In this document: in pieces, positions 1 to 11,190 of the stretch
Layout of the letters: every line of letters begins with the position of its first letter
Position numbering within the stretch: position 1 is the stretch's first letter
Source: Octopus vulgaris
Lineage: Eukaryota
Assembly: GCA_951406725.2 (NCBI GenBank)
Contig: OX597818.1
Coordinates: 84,816,001 to 84,880,000, forward strand
Length of the DNA stretch: 64,000 bases
Direction: 5' to 3'
Made by a program: the position numbers and the translations under genes
The notes under the pieces: model-generated
The model's database searches: none
What the model saw: the letters and a program-made list of their open reading frames with translations, nothing else
Told to the model about the DNA's origin: nothing

Positions 1-660
1 CTAGCGTAGTGATTCTACGTGCCTCTGCCGTAAATTAGCATACTTAGGACGCACGCCTTATAGACAGCAATTTTAGTGTTTGCAGCCTGTTTTTTGCTTT
101 CCCAAACTCTCTTTGTGAGCCTGCTAAATGTGAAAGATGCTTGTCCGATTCGCCTATTGATATCAGGATCCAGGGAGAGGGCATCAGCAATGGTAGAGCC
201 GAGATATATATATTGATAGACTACCCTCAGCTTGTAGTTGTTGGTGGTGATAGTTGGGGTGTGCTTGACACTTTGACCTATTACTTTGGTCTTCTTCAGA
301 CCGATAGTCAGGCTGAATTCCTGACAGGCCTTTGAAAGTTTGTCCACGAAGTGCTGCATTAGCTCTTCAGAATCCGCTTTCCGTGCTGCATCATCTGCGA
401 ACAGCATTTCTCTGATGAGCACCTGGCGCACCTTTGATTTTGCTTTCAGCCTTAACAGGCTAAAGAGTTTGCCGCTTGATCTGGTGTGGAAGTAAAACAC
501 TGTCAGTCGATGTTCCAAATGCATGTTTCAGCATGACTGCAAAGAAGACGACAAATAGGGTGGGGTAAGTACACAACTCTGTTTCACGCTACTACATGTG
601 TTGAATGCCTCCGAAAAAGAGCCATCAAACAGAATGACGCCTTCCATCACCTTTCATGAA
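1..660 (-). pseudogene. RTE-clade LINE reverse transcriptase fragment (inverted 5' part)
   Basis: Minus translation gives ...VKQSCVLTP.TLF..., REMLFADDAA, YIYLGSTI, RRIGQAS..FSRLTKRVW, YKACVLSMLIYG, which are RTE-type RT motifs; frameshifted. Confidence 0.9.
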
Positions 661-933
661 CAGCAGCGTCCTTTGTGCTGGCTCAGTTATGTTTATCACA
701 TGTCAGAGGAAAGGATCCCAAAAGACCTCCTGTATGGGGAATTGGCCACCGGCACAAGAGCACGAGAAGGATCTCATCTTCGTTTCAAAGACGTCTGTAA
801 AAGGGATATTAAGTCGCTTGTTCTGGACGTCCCGAGATGTGAGGAGGTTACAAATGATCGCCCATACTGGAGGCAAATACTGCGAAAGCGAGTGAAGAGA
901 GCGGAAGGAAAATATGAAGACGCCATTATATAG
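661..933 (+). pseudogene. RTE-clade LINE ORF C-terminal fragment
   Basis: QQRPLCWLSYV...ERIPKDLLYGEL..G.R..G..LRFKDVCKRDIK is the typical RTE C-terminus. Confidence 0.85.
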
Positions 934-939
934 ATATCT

Positions 940-1504
940 ATACAGGGTATTAAATTTTTACAAATTTCACTACCAGTGGCCTATCATGTATAAAAAGTCA
1001 ATAGACGACATATCATTCAATATAAAATGATGTACATTTAAACACAAAGAGAAATTACCTATAACAGGCAATTTCTATACACTAGGAGACAGTCAAAACG
1101 ACCGAAAACCACAAAATTTAAGCAATTTCAAAAGGAATGAAATGATAAAAACTTTTACCTTGTTTTTACGGTTATACCTATAGGTTTCGGATTTTTTAGC
1201 AAATAAAATAATTTAAATTTAATTCACTAGGCAAATCCTCATCAGTAACCGAGCCATCCAAGACTAGCCTATAATTATGAGACCAATAGCACGTGTCTCA
1301 TCTTTATATGTTATAGTTTTTTCAAAATCCACCATTTTGTGGTTTTCGGTCGTTTTGACTGTCTCCTAGCGTATAGAAATTGCCTGTTATAGGTAATTTT
1401 TCTTTGTGTTTAAATGTACACAATTTTATATTGAATAATATGCCGTCTATTGACGTTTTATACATGGTAGGCCACTGGTAGTGAAATTTGTAAAAATTTA
1501 CTAT

Positions 1505-1510
<6 letters not shown>
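940..1510. mobile_element. Fold-back non-coding PLE-type insertion in TA repeat (arms ~940-1118 and ~1333-1510)
   Basis: ~175-bp inverted arms roughly 90% alike, a hammerhead motif in the spacer, and TA runs at both ends. Confidence 0.75.
1169..1251 (-). ncRNA. Type I hammerhead ribozyme motif
   Basis: Minus strand: cggtta CTGATGA ggattt...aaatcc GAAA cctatagg TA taaccg. Complete core, 6-bp stem I, stem II and palindromic stem III. Confidence 0.85.
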
Positions 1511-1596
<86 letters not shown>

Positions 1597-2334
1597 ATGA
1601 TTCTTGGATGGAGTTAATAAACATTTAACGTATCGCAACGCACGTTTCCACAAGTCACATGTCTCTTAATATCACAGTTCGTATTCCTGGGATGATTGCA
1701 GTGCAGTTCGTAGTTTCTGTGGGTATCGGGTTGGTCATCTTCGTGGATTCCTTTCTCGAGGCGATATAACATTAATGGTTGTACAGCAGAGGGATGTTTA
1801 TCCCTTTTTACCTGTATGAAATTTAAGCGGGTTATGTGTGTGTTTCTGTGTGTATTTATGTGTGGGGAGGAGGGGAAGGTGATGGAAAGAGAAGAAGGAA
1901 TAGTATTTATACGGGGATGAATGTGTGTGTGGTGGTGGTGGACTTATTTTGCTATTCATTCAGCAGATGTTAAGAATGGGTAGCACATACTTTTGTTTGT
2001 TTTCATTTAAGGAATGACTATCTTCAATAAACTTTGACGTCAGCAGGTCATCTAGTACTGCTAAATGACCTGTTGGGGTTTATTGACTGAATTGATAAAT
2101 GATACTTTCTTAAGGTGACCTTTCCATTCATTGTTTCTGTCTGCGTAACCATTTCTCATTTTCCAATATAAATAAAAGGTACTCTACATCTCTATCAAAC
2201 CTCGTCTGGAGGCCCAAACAGAACGGAGTGGAACATACGACCCACTAGTCCATTATAATAAAAATGGTCTCTCTCTCTCACTTTCTGTCTGTCTGTCTCT
2301 CTCCGTATATATGTACATATATGTATATATATAT

Positions 2335-2644
2335 ATATTTATAATAAGATTAGCTCGTATACGAGTGGGTATATATTTGTAAAAAATGAAGTTTGAAAAT
2401 GCCGCTATATTAGATAAATTTTAATTTAACATGTTTCGGTTCTTGAAATAACGAACCTTATCAAAAAAATTTTTTTATATAATAAAGAGAGTCCATGCTA
2501 TATGTTTAAAGAGTATGATGTAACAGTTCATAATTGTGACATACATTCAATAGAGTCAAATATTTAAAAATTCATGTTCTTGAAAAGGCGAGGAGTTCAT
2601 TATAGATTTTACCTTGTGTTCCAATGGGAGCAACAGTAATGATT
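2335..2644 (-). repeat. 3' pseudo-LTR of the PLE
   Basis: Near-identical to 7009-7318 (offset 4674). Confidence 0.95.
2425..2467 (-). ncRNA. Minimal hammerhead motif, U3-A8 core variant (second copy 7099-7141)
   Basis: Minus strand: ttt TTGATAA ggttc gttatttcaa gaacc GAAA catg TT aaa. Palindromic stem III; stem I is weak (A/U only). Confidence 0.6.
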
Positions 2645-2794
2645 TTTGGGAGGCGTCCGCTGGCATAATTTTGGTAAATTTTGTGATTGTTGGATTTATA
2701 TCAGCTAAGCTGTGGTCTCCGGCACTGTTCACTGACGTCATATAGTTCCAAACCAATCAAAACCCAGCCTCAACGAATATAGTGAAAAGACTCC

Positions 2795-3090
2795 TAACTG
2801 TATCCTGTTAGGAAACCAACCAAGCGGAACAAGTTTAACCACGGAAGAAAAACGTCATCAATTTTTTGACGAATCGAAATTAGATCTAACCTATGACTGT
2901 ATCCTGTTAGGTGGCTAGCCCAGCAGAACGAGTAGTTTGACCACGGAAGAAAAACGTCATCAATGTTTTGACGAATCAGAATCGGGTCTGACCTATAGCT
3001 GTATCGTGTGAGGAAACCGACCAAGCAGGGTGACAATAGCTTGACCACTGAGGTAAAACGTCATCAATTTTTTGACGAATCAGAATTACA
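2795..3090. repeat. ~102-bp tandem repeat x3 in the PLE 3' UTR
   Basis: aaaacgtcatcaa..tttgacgaatc recurs at ~2850, ~2952 and ~3056. Confidence 0.85.
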
Positions 3091-3333
3091 TCTGCTCGCA
3101 GAGAAAGAAATCTTTTTATAAATTTTTCCTTCCCTAAGACATATCACTGCCAGCGTGAGTGGCTGTTTAAGGATCTGAGAAATTGTAATTCGCCCCACCT
3201 CCACTATTATAATTCTCTCACTGTGGCCGTAGCAACAGTGACCACGGTGGTTGTAGTAGTAGTGCGAGTAGGGGCAGTCGTAGTGGTTGTGGTAGAATTT
3301 CGTTTTTCTTTTTCGGAAGACCAATGTTTTGTT

Positions 3334-5632
3334 TTAATATTCCTGACCCAGGGTGTTCAAACTTGGTCTAAATTTTTTGATGAAATAAAGTTCTTTATTT
3401 TGGCGTTGCGTGAAGGTTACGCTGTCACTGAATTTGTAAAGTGGGTAAGTTGTAAATTTCGGATTTACATTTGCAGCACATCTATCTATGTGTCCGCTGA
3501 CCGGTATTTTCCGGTATTCAGGGTTTCTAATTTGTGATTTATGCACCGCCATCCTGTTACGTAAGCTATTTTTTGTATGGCCTATATACTGCCTATTGCA
3601 GCCTGCGCATGTTAAGACGTAAATTAAGTTTTCTGATGCACAGGTGAAGTTTGCTCTAATGGTGAACTGATGGCCTTGTTCTAGTATAAATTCTGAACCT
3701 TCTACCAAGATGACACAGATTCCGCAGTTGGGCCTTCCACATTTTCTAACTGCTGGTTTTGTGGTTGATGTTGAGTGCAGTTTAGCTTGGGTTAAAATCC
3801 TTTTCAAGTATTTTGGTTGCCATTTACTTTTAATGATGGTGTGTGTTTCGAGGATCCGGTTCATCTTTGGGTCTCCCTTTAGCAGGGCTGTGCTTTGTAG
3901 TATGGTGCTGAAGGCCTCATTGTTGAGTGGGTTGTGTGTAGAGATGTAGGGAAGGGTTTTTAATTGTTCTTCCTTTTTTGGCTTTGTTTGTCTCAGGTCT
4001 TCTATACTTAATTTAAGTGCCCGTTGGATTGCACTGTCTATTAGAGGCTGTGGATAGTTTCTATTTGTGAGTGTGGTTCTAAGTTCCTGGAGACGTGTGT
4101 GTCGGGTGTTTGTGTCTGATATTATGGTGCAAATCCTTCTAGCTAAACAAAAAGAGACATTTATTCTAGTGTGTCGTGGGTGGCATGAATCAAAGGGTAG
4201 GTACTGTTTGGAGTCTGTCGGTTTATAGTAGATATCTGTCTCTATTTTGTTGCCGGTTTTCTTAATGAGGATGTCTAAAAATGGTAATTCTTCTTCGTTA
4301 TGATCCATCGTGAATTGTATATTATCATTTATTCCATTTAATAGTATTTTAAATTCCTCAAGTTTCTCTATACTTTTATCCCAGATGATGAAACAGTCGT
4401 CGAGGTATCTTTTCCAGTTGTTCTGGATATAGGTGGAGAAGGTGCTTCCATATTTCTCGAGTGTTATCTGGTAGAGTATTTTCTCGAGGTATCCCATCAC
4501 TAGGTTGGCAAAAGAAGGTGCAGTACGCGTGCCCATCGCTGTTCCCGATCTTTGTCTGTAGAAATTATTGTCAAAAATAAAGTAATTGTTTTCTAAAATA
4601 AATCTAAGTCCTTCTATTATAAGGTCTTTGTTTATGCGAGTTGGGAGTTCAAAGGAGTAGTTATTCAGCCAGAAGGTGATCGCTTCTATTCCTAGGTTGT
4701 GAGGGATGTTAGAATAAAGGTTAACTACGTCGAATGATACTAGAAGGGTTTTCTCATTGACTGTTTTAGGGAGGTGGTTGAGCATGTCTATATCGTCTCT
4801 TACGTAGCTTTTGATGTGTTTTAGGAAAGGTTTAAGAAGTGTGTCTAAGAAATTGCTGAGGCGGTGAGTCTCACATGCTGGCCCTGCTATTATCGGTCTA
4901 AGTTTAAGATAATTTGGTGAAGGGATTTTGATGAGTATATCGGTAGATGTTTTGCATGTTTCTCTAATTATTTGGCTTTTGTGTACTTTAGGGATACCAT
5001 AGAACAAACTCGATTTGCACTTGAAGTTAGTGATGTATTCATACTCCTTGTCCGTGAGTCCTTCTCGGTATGTGTTGATTAGTGTCCTAAGGTTATACAT
5101 TATTTTTTTGCTGATTATACTGTTGGGCCCTTTCATAATACGTTTCATCTCTTAATAGGGATAGTACTAAATTTTTATAATCGTTTGTATTCATTACTAC
5201 TATCGTGTTGCCCTTATCTGCCTCCTTAATTGTTATTGCTTTGTCTTCTCTTAGTTTGATGAGGTCGTTCCATTCTCTTTTGTTAAAGTTAGGGCTGTGT
5301 TTTTGTTTCTTGGTGAATTGAAACGGGAAATTAGTTATGTAGTCACAATAGCGGTCTAAGGCTTTATTCTTTCCCTTGGTGGGGGTGTAATTGCTCTTGT
5401 TTCTAGCTATTGAATCCTCATCTATTTGTTTGCCATGAAATTCCTCGGTAAGTCTTAGTTTCCTGCAAAATTCCGAAATATCATCTTTCATTTCATAGTA
5501 ATTAGAACGTTGTGGGGTTGGTGTAAATTTAAGTCCTTTGGAGAGTATGCTTATTTCGTTAGGTGTAAGTTCTTTGTTTGAGAGATTGATTATCTTAATT
5601 ACCTGAGGTTTCTTTTGTTTGTCCTTTGCCAT
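3334..5632 (-). CDS. PLE ORF2: reverse transcriptase + C-terminal GIY-YIG endonuclease (one frameshift in an A7 run at ~5103-5109)
   Basis: IINLS..LSKGLKF, IKEADKG, FYGIPKVHK, LRPII, SFDVVNLYSNIP, GTAMGTRTAPSFANL, WKRYLDDCF, LPFLD, YYKPTD; Cys linker CGRPNCGIC; NLIYVLTC..C..QYIGHT. Removing one A joins the 179-aa and 604-aa ORFs (..QQK IMYNLR..). Confidence 0.93.
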
Positions 5633-6984
5633 CGTGAGTCCCTGTTCCTGTGTGTAAGGTCTAAAAAATGGTTGGTGTAGTTATGTTCAAAACTACTGTC
5701 TATCTGTCTCATGTTGTTATAATTGTCAGAGTGAGTTTGTGGTGCTCTCTTTTGAAGTGTGCTGTTGTACCTAGTGTTCCGTCTTAGTTCATCAGGTATA
5801 TTGTGTTGGTAGTTGTTTCTTCCGTAGTGCATTTGTTGTTTGTTAGGTTTGTATGGTTGGTTCCTAGGGTGGATGTTTGGTGGTAGAGTTTTAGTTTGGT
5901 TATGGGGATTGTATTTCATAGAATTGTATGTTGTAGCCCTTTGGTTCGTGAAATGGTGTGGTGGGCCCCTGTAAGTGTTTTGGGGTTGGTGTAGGTAGTG
6001 TGAGGTGCGTTTTAAATGTATTTTTCTGGTGTAGAGTGTGTTTGGATTTCTTGGTGGTTGTTCTGTTCTGTTGGTATATCTATTCTCGAAATGGTGTGGT
6101 GGGCCTCTGTATGTGTTTTGGGGTTGGTGTAGGTAGTGTGGGGTATGTTTTAAGTGTATTTTTCTGGTGTAGAGTGTGTTCGGATTTCTTGGTGGTTGTT
6201 CCGTTCTGTTGGTATTTGGTTTTGTTTTACTTAATTTTATGAAGGGGTTGTTGGATATGTGTTCATTTTTGAAGTTGGTTTCATAATCCAAGAACCAGAT
6301 GGCGCTCTTTTCCCATCGTTGGAGGGACTTAAGTTCCTCTTTTTCACAATCTTCTTTCCATAGTGCCAGTAATGTTTCAGTATTGATGTCGTCTATTAGT
6401 TTGATGACTTCTTCGTTGATTTCCTCATCTATGGTTTTTACTTTTTCTTCATTCGTCTTAGCTCTCAGCTTAAGTAGTTCTATTTCCATCTTTCATTTTT
6501 CTCTAAGTCTTCTTTGTTCTTCTGGTTCTTCCAAGATGGGCTTAATTTGTAATTTGCGGGGTATGATTAGGGGTGTTGAGTCAAGCCACTTTTGGTAAAT
6601 CTCTGCTTTATTCTGATTTTGTATCATTTTCCAAACAGCGAATTTTCTGTTTCGCTGTAGTGTTCTCCATTGGGGGAGGACTTGGTTCGTTATTTGTAAT
6701 GTTGAAGTTATTCGGTTCTTCTCGTGTGATCCTTCTTTTTGTTGCTCTTGTTTCGTAAAGTTTGTGAAGAATGTCTTCATTGTATCGCATAGATTTTCAA
6801 CTTTCTCGTATATTTCAGAGGGTGTTTTATTCGATTCGGTTTCCTCGTTAGTTTGTGTAGAAGGTCGAGATGTTGAGTTGAGTTTGTTTAACACTGCTGT
6901 TAGGTTTGAATTCATGCCTTTCAATTCTTTCAGTATCTCTTCATTTATTGAGGAGATGTCGTTGGTGTCTTTTTTAGTAGGCAT
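5599..6984 (-). CDS. PLE ORF1: charged helical/coiled-coil-like N-half and Asn/His/Pro/Gln-rich C-half; one in-frame TGA at 6495-6493
   Basis: The 163-aa and 296-aa ORFs are in the same frame (GAA AAA TGA AAG ATG). ATG lies just after the 5' pLTR. It contains a 138-bp (46-aa) internal duplication and overlaps ORF2 in the -1 frame. Confidence 0.7.
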
Positions 6985-7008
6985 TTTCGGGAGCTCGTAC
7001 GTGATATG

Positions 7009-7315
7009 ATATTTATAATAAGATTAGCTCGTATACGAGTGGGTATATATTTGTAAAAAATGAAGTTTGAAAATGCCGCTATATTAGATAAATTTTAATT
7101 TAACATGTTTCGGTTTTTGAAATAACGAACCTTATCAAAAAAAATTTTTTTATATAATAAAGAGAGTCCATGCTATATGTTTAAAGAGTATGATGTAACA
7201 GTTCATAATTGTGACATACATTCAATAGAGTCAAATATAAAAAATTCATGTTCTTGAAAAGGCGAGGAGTTCATTATAGATTTTACCTTGTGTTCCAATG
7301 GGAGCAACAGTAATG

Positions 7316-7318
<3 letters not shown>
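7009..7318 (-). repeat. 5' pseudo-LTR of the PLE
   Basis: Copy of 2335-2644, abutting (TA)n at 7319. Confidence 0.95.
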
Positions 7319-7378
<60 letters not shown>

Positions 7379-7427
7379 ATGCATGTATATATATATATAT
7401 GTGTGTGTGTATATGTATGTATGCATG

Positions 7428-7460
<33 letters not shown>

Positions 7461-7473
7461 GTATATATGTATG

Positions 7474-7508
<35 letters not shown>

Positions 7509-7511
<3 letters not shown>

Positions 7512-8580
7512 TGGTCTTTTCAGGAATACCCTCAGCTTGCCGGGTAGCCACATCTAGCTATACAGATGATACCAAAGCGTATCTGAGGATACAGAACCCT
7601 GGAGACGTTACGCATCTACAGCGGGACTTGGATGCAATATACTGGTAGGCTGAGTATAATAACATGCAGTTTAATGCTAGAAAATTTCAATACCTGCGCT
7701 ACCAACACACAAAGCTCAAAGTAAAGCAGACAGAACAGAGTGGTCCATGAGGGATTGCAATCCCTGAATCAAAATCAATGAGTGACCTGGGCATCAATAT
7801 GAGTAATGATACATCTTTCCAGGGCATATTACTAAATTGGCAATAAAATGCAGTCAGTTGGCCAGATGGATCCTTCGATCTTTCAGAACGAGAGAACGAG
7901 AAACCGTGCTAGTCCTCTGGGAGACATTCGTCCTCAGCCGTTTGAATTACTGTTTCCAACTGTGCTCACCACACAGCGTAAAATTAACAACGGAACCCAA
8001 AGCAATCCAGTGAATTTACAGAAAGAAGATTGTCTACTGAGAGAAACTGAAAAAGTTAAGATTCTACTCTCTAGAACAAAGGCGGGAAATATACGCTGTA
8101 ATATGCATCTGGAAAATAAGGCGGTGAGCTGGCAGAAACGTTTGCGCGCCGGGCAAAATGCTTAGCGGTATTTCGTCTGCCGTTACGTTCTGAGTTCAAA
8201 TTCCGCCAAGGTCAACTTTGCCTTTCATCCTTTCGGGGACGATAAAATTAAGTACCAGTTACGCACTGGGTCGATATACTCGACTTAATCCGTTTGTCTG
8301 TCCTTGTTTGTCCCCTCTGTGTTCAGCCCCTTGTGGGTAGAAAAGAAATAGGTATTTCGTCTGTCTTCGTTCAAATTCCGCCGAGGTCGACTTTGCTTTT
8401 CATCCTTTCGTGGTTGATAAATTAAGCACCTGTGGCGTACTAGGGTCGATCTAATCGACTGATCCCCTCCCCAGAAATTTCGGGCCTTGTGTTTAGAGTA
8501 AAAAAGAAAAGAATATACATGTGGAAAATCCTAGAAGAACTTGTACCAAACTTTGGCATTGTGAGTTACACAAATAGCAG
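7509..8580 (+). pseudogene. CR1/L2-group LINE RT 3' fragment, split by a SINE insertion
   Basis: [29 protein letters not shown]; resumes after the SINE (IYMWKILEELVPN). Diverged TSD aatatgcatctggaaaat (~8100) / aatatacatgtggaaaat (~8512). Confidence 0.8.
8119..8511 (+). mobile_element. tRNA-derived SINE family A with a nested Tx1-tailed variant
   Basis: Head ggcggtgagctggcagaa (A-box-like) and gagttcaaattcc (B-box). GGTATTTCGTCTG is duplicated at 8167 and 8351. Other family A copies lie at ~9890, 10021, 33630, 46810, 54050, 57078, 60490 and 62153. Confidence 0.85.
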
Positions 8581-8959
8581 TCTGTTTGTGGTACGGTAGC
8601 AGAGTGTTTGAAATTTTTTGGCAATGATCTATTTTCATCTGTCCAATCTCCTTACCTGGGCAACTATAATTATAAGTTTTTTTGTGAATGTGGTTAGAAA
8701 AGGTTAGACAAACATTGCCTACTTCTAAAGCTAGCCAGGTTACGACAGTTAAAGTTGTTCACTAGGAGAATAAAAGCTAAATATAAATATAATTTTGGAA
8801 CTTGAGAAGCTGACTGAATGACGATACAAGAACTGGTCTGATGAATGTAATTCCGATGTACCAAACCTCTAGGGCATCGGATATAAATTGCATCAAAATT
8901 GATTGTTTCTAAATTATCTGAGAAAAAAGGCGTTTGATAAGAATATAACCATTGAAGCA

Positions 8960-9385
8960 TCATAAATCAGTGTCGCAGAGAGAACTGAAGACCATGAAGA
9001 TCTAGTGGTTATCAATTGGGTTTTGATAATTAGGATTCCAAAACAAAATGCAGCTGTTTAAAACAGATATTTGCTCCTCCCCAATCATCTATCGCTTTTA
9101 CTCGATCTACAAATGGGTCCACTTTGATCAGCGATATTGAAAATGTTATGAAGCGATTGACAAAGTATTTCACAGATTTGTCTTTTTTTTGTTCTTTTTT
9201 TGATAATCCATCTACAATAGATGAAAATGTTATAGAAGGCGTTCCTTACATCTTTGTTCTTGAGAAAAAGGATATTACTCTCAACAGAGATCAAAACTGT
9301 TTTTAAACAGATCAATATTCAAGAAAGACTCCATTGATTGATAATATACTATGTGAGGTTATCAATCATAGTAGTAAGGTAATCG
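8960..9385 (+). pseudogene. Decayed RTE LINE linker-region fragment
   Basis: RSTNGSTLISDIENVMKRLTKYFTDL...NPSTIDENVIEGVP resembles the RTE EN-RT linker; heavily decayed. Confidence 0.55.
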
Positions 9386-9691
9386 CTGGTCTTGTGATGA
9401 TCCCGATCATCGATGTGTGGATGTGTTCACTTGTTCCGCGAGATTAGACAGATGCAGTATCGGTATCACTGCTCAAGGAAAAGATTGCCAAGTCAGGTTG
9501 GCGTGTCTTTTGTGCTATTTCTGTACTTGTAACAGTTGGTAAGTCATCCATCAGGCTTTTGTCGAATTCTTTCCAAAATGCACATATCCCATCGTTGTAT
9601 TAGAATCTAAATATGGATCTGAATCTGTTAGAGGTAACACAGATATAAACTTTGGTGTCAGACAGCCACATGAAAATTTGATAAACCTACG

Positions 9692-9757
<66 letters not shown>

Positions 9758-9853
9758 AATTTGTCACTCTCACTTTCTTTCTCTCTCTCACATGCACACG
9801 CACACAAACATGCACACACACAAACAAAGACACAAGCACACACACAAACACAC

Positions 9854-9892
<39 letters not shown>

Positions 9893-11074
9893 AGTTCAAA
9901 TTCTGCTGAGGTTGACTGTGCATTTCATCCTTTGGTGAGGTTGATAAATTAAGTACCAGTGTAACACTGGGGTCAATGTAATCAACTAGTCCCTTCCCAC
10001 CAAATTTCAGGCTTTAGGGTTAGGTGGCGAGCTGGCAGAATCGTTAGCACGCCGGGCGAAACGCTTAGCGCTATTTCGTCTGCCGTTACGTTCAGAGTGC
10101 AAATTCCGCCGGTTAGAGTAGATGTGGAAACAATAGCTGCTAAGAGGTGATTCTCCACTCTTCAGATATCTGGAACACCGAACCAGGGTCTCTCTACGGG
10201 GTGCAGTTTAAAATCTTACCGGGAACAAACAAACATACCGCGTCACTCTTGCACAGGGCCACTACTCATAATACGATTATGCCAGTACAGTACACACTAA
10301 TATACACTGCTGACAAATAACAGCTCGTAAAGCTACGCAGATCTTATAGAGCACCTATTCGAAAAGCGCTGGTACACACATCCAATAAATGTCAACTTGA
10401 AAACCCCACAAGACCCACCGACTACAATTTGTAAGCTAAAGACATGCAAGTAAACATTATTACAAGGGCAATCCTGAACCAAGGATCAGCGATTGAGAAT
10501 ATTTCAAAGCACATCTACTTCTAAATACTATAAAAGAATAATTTCAGCAATATGCCGAAACATTCCCAAATTCTTTCATATAAAATTTAATCAAACACTT
10601 GAATGGTTTGTGAAACTTTCTATGAGAGACAAAGTGATATACTGAGGAGTGTACCGTGTGACATTTTAACCAGTCAGTTGATATATGTCATTTCTTCTCC
10701 AACCGCTTGAGTAGAGGCCACCTCAAGGTTGATTGCAAGAAAACCTTATTTAAGGATCCGTAATCCTGTTACCTTACACACGATGCACATGCAACAAACA
10801 TATATCTATTTGTATGTGTGTATGTGTATTTAATTCTACCTAAGCCTTTCTTATGGAGATAGATTCAAGTAATTCGGGTTATATGTACATAGCAGGTCCT
10901 CCAGAAACAACAGAGTGCTGTCGGATTTCATAGAGATAGCAAGAGAGAGAGAGATAGAACGAGAGAGGGAGAGGTGTATGCATATACATATATATGTATG
11001 TATGTATAACTGTATATGTAAATATATATAAGTACACAATTGCATGTGTATATATATATATATCCATACATATA

Positions 11075-11190
<116 letters not shown>

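Larger units (their letters stand above)
2335..7318 (-). mobile_element. Penelope-like retroelement (Neptune-type), near full length, partial tandem with pseudo-LTRs, inserted in (TA)n
   Basis: 310-bp direct repeats at 2335-2644 and 7009-7318 differing at only a few bases; RT + GIY-YIG ORF; TA microsatellite on both flanks. Confidence 0.95.

Noticed and set aside
6490-6498. In-frame UGA in PLE ORF1 as selenocysteine
   Set aside because: It lies in a charged helical context with no Cys-type motif and I identified no SECIS; a nonsense mutation is simpler.
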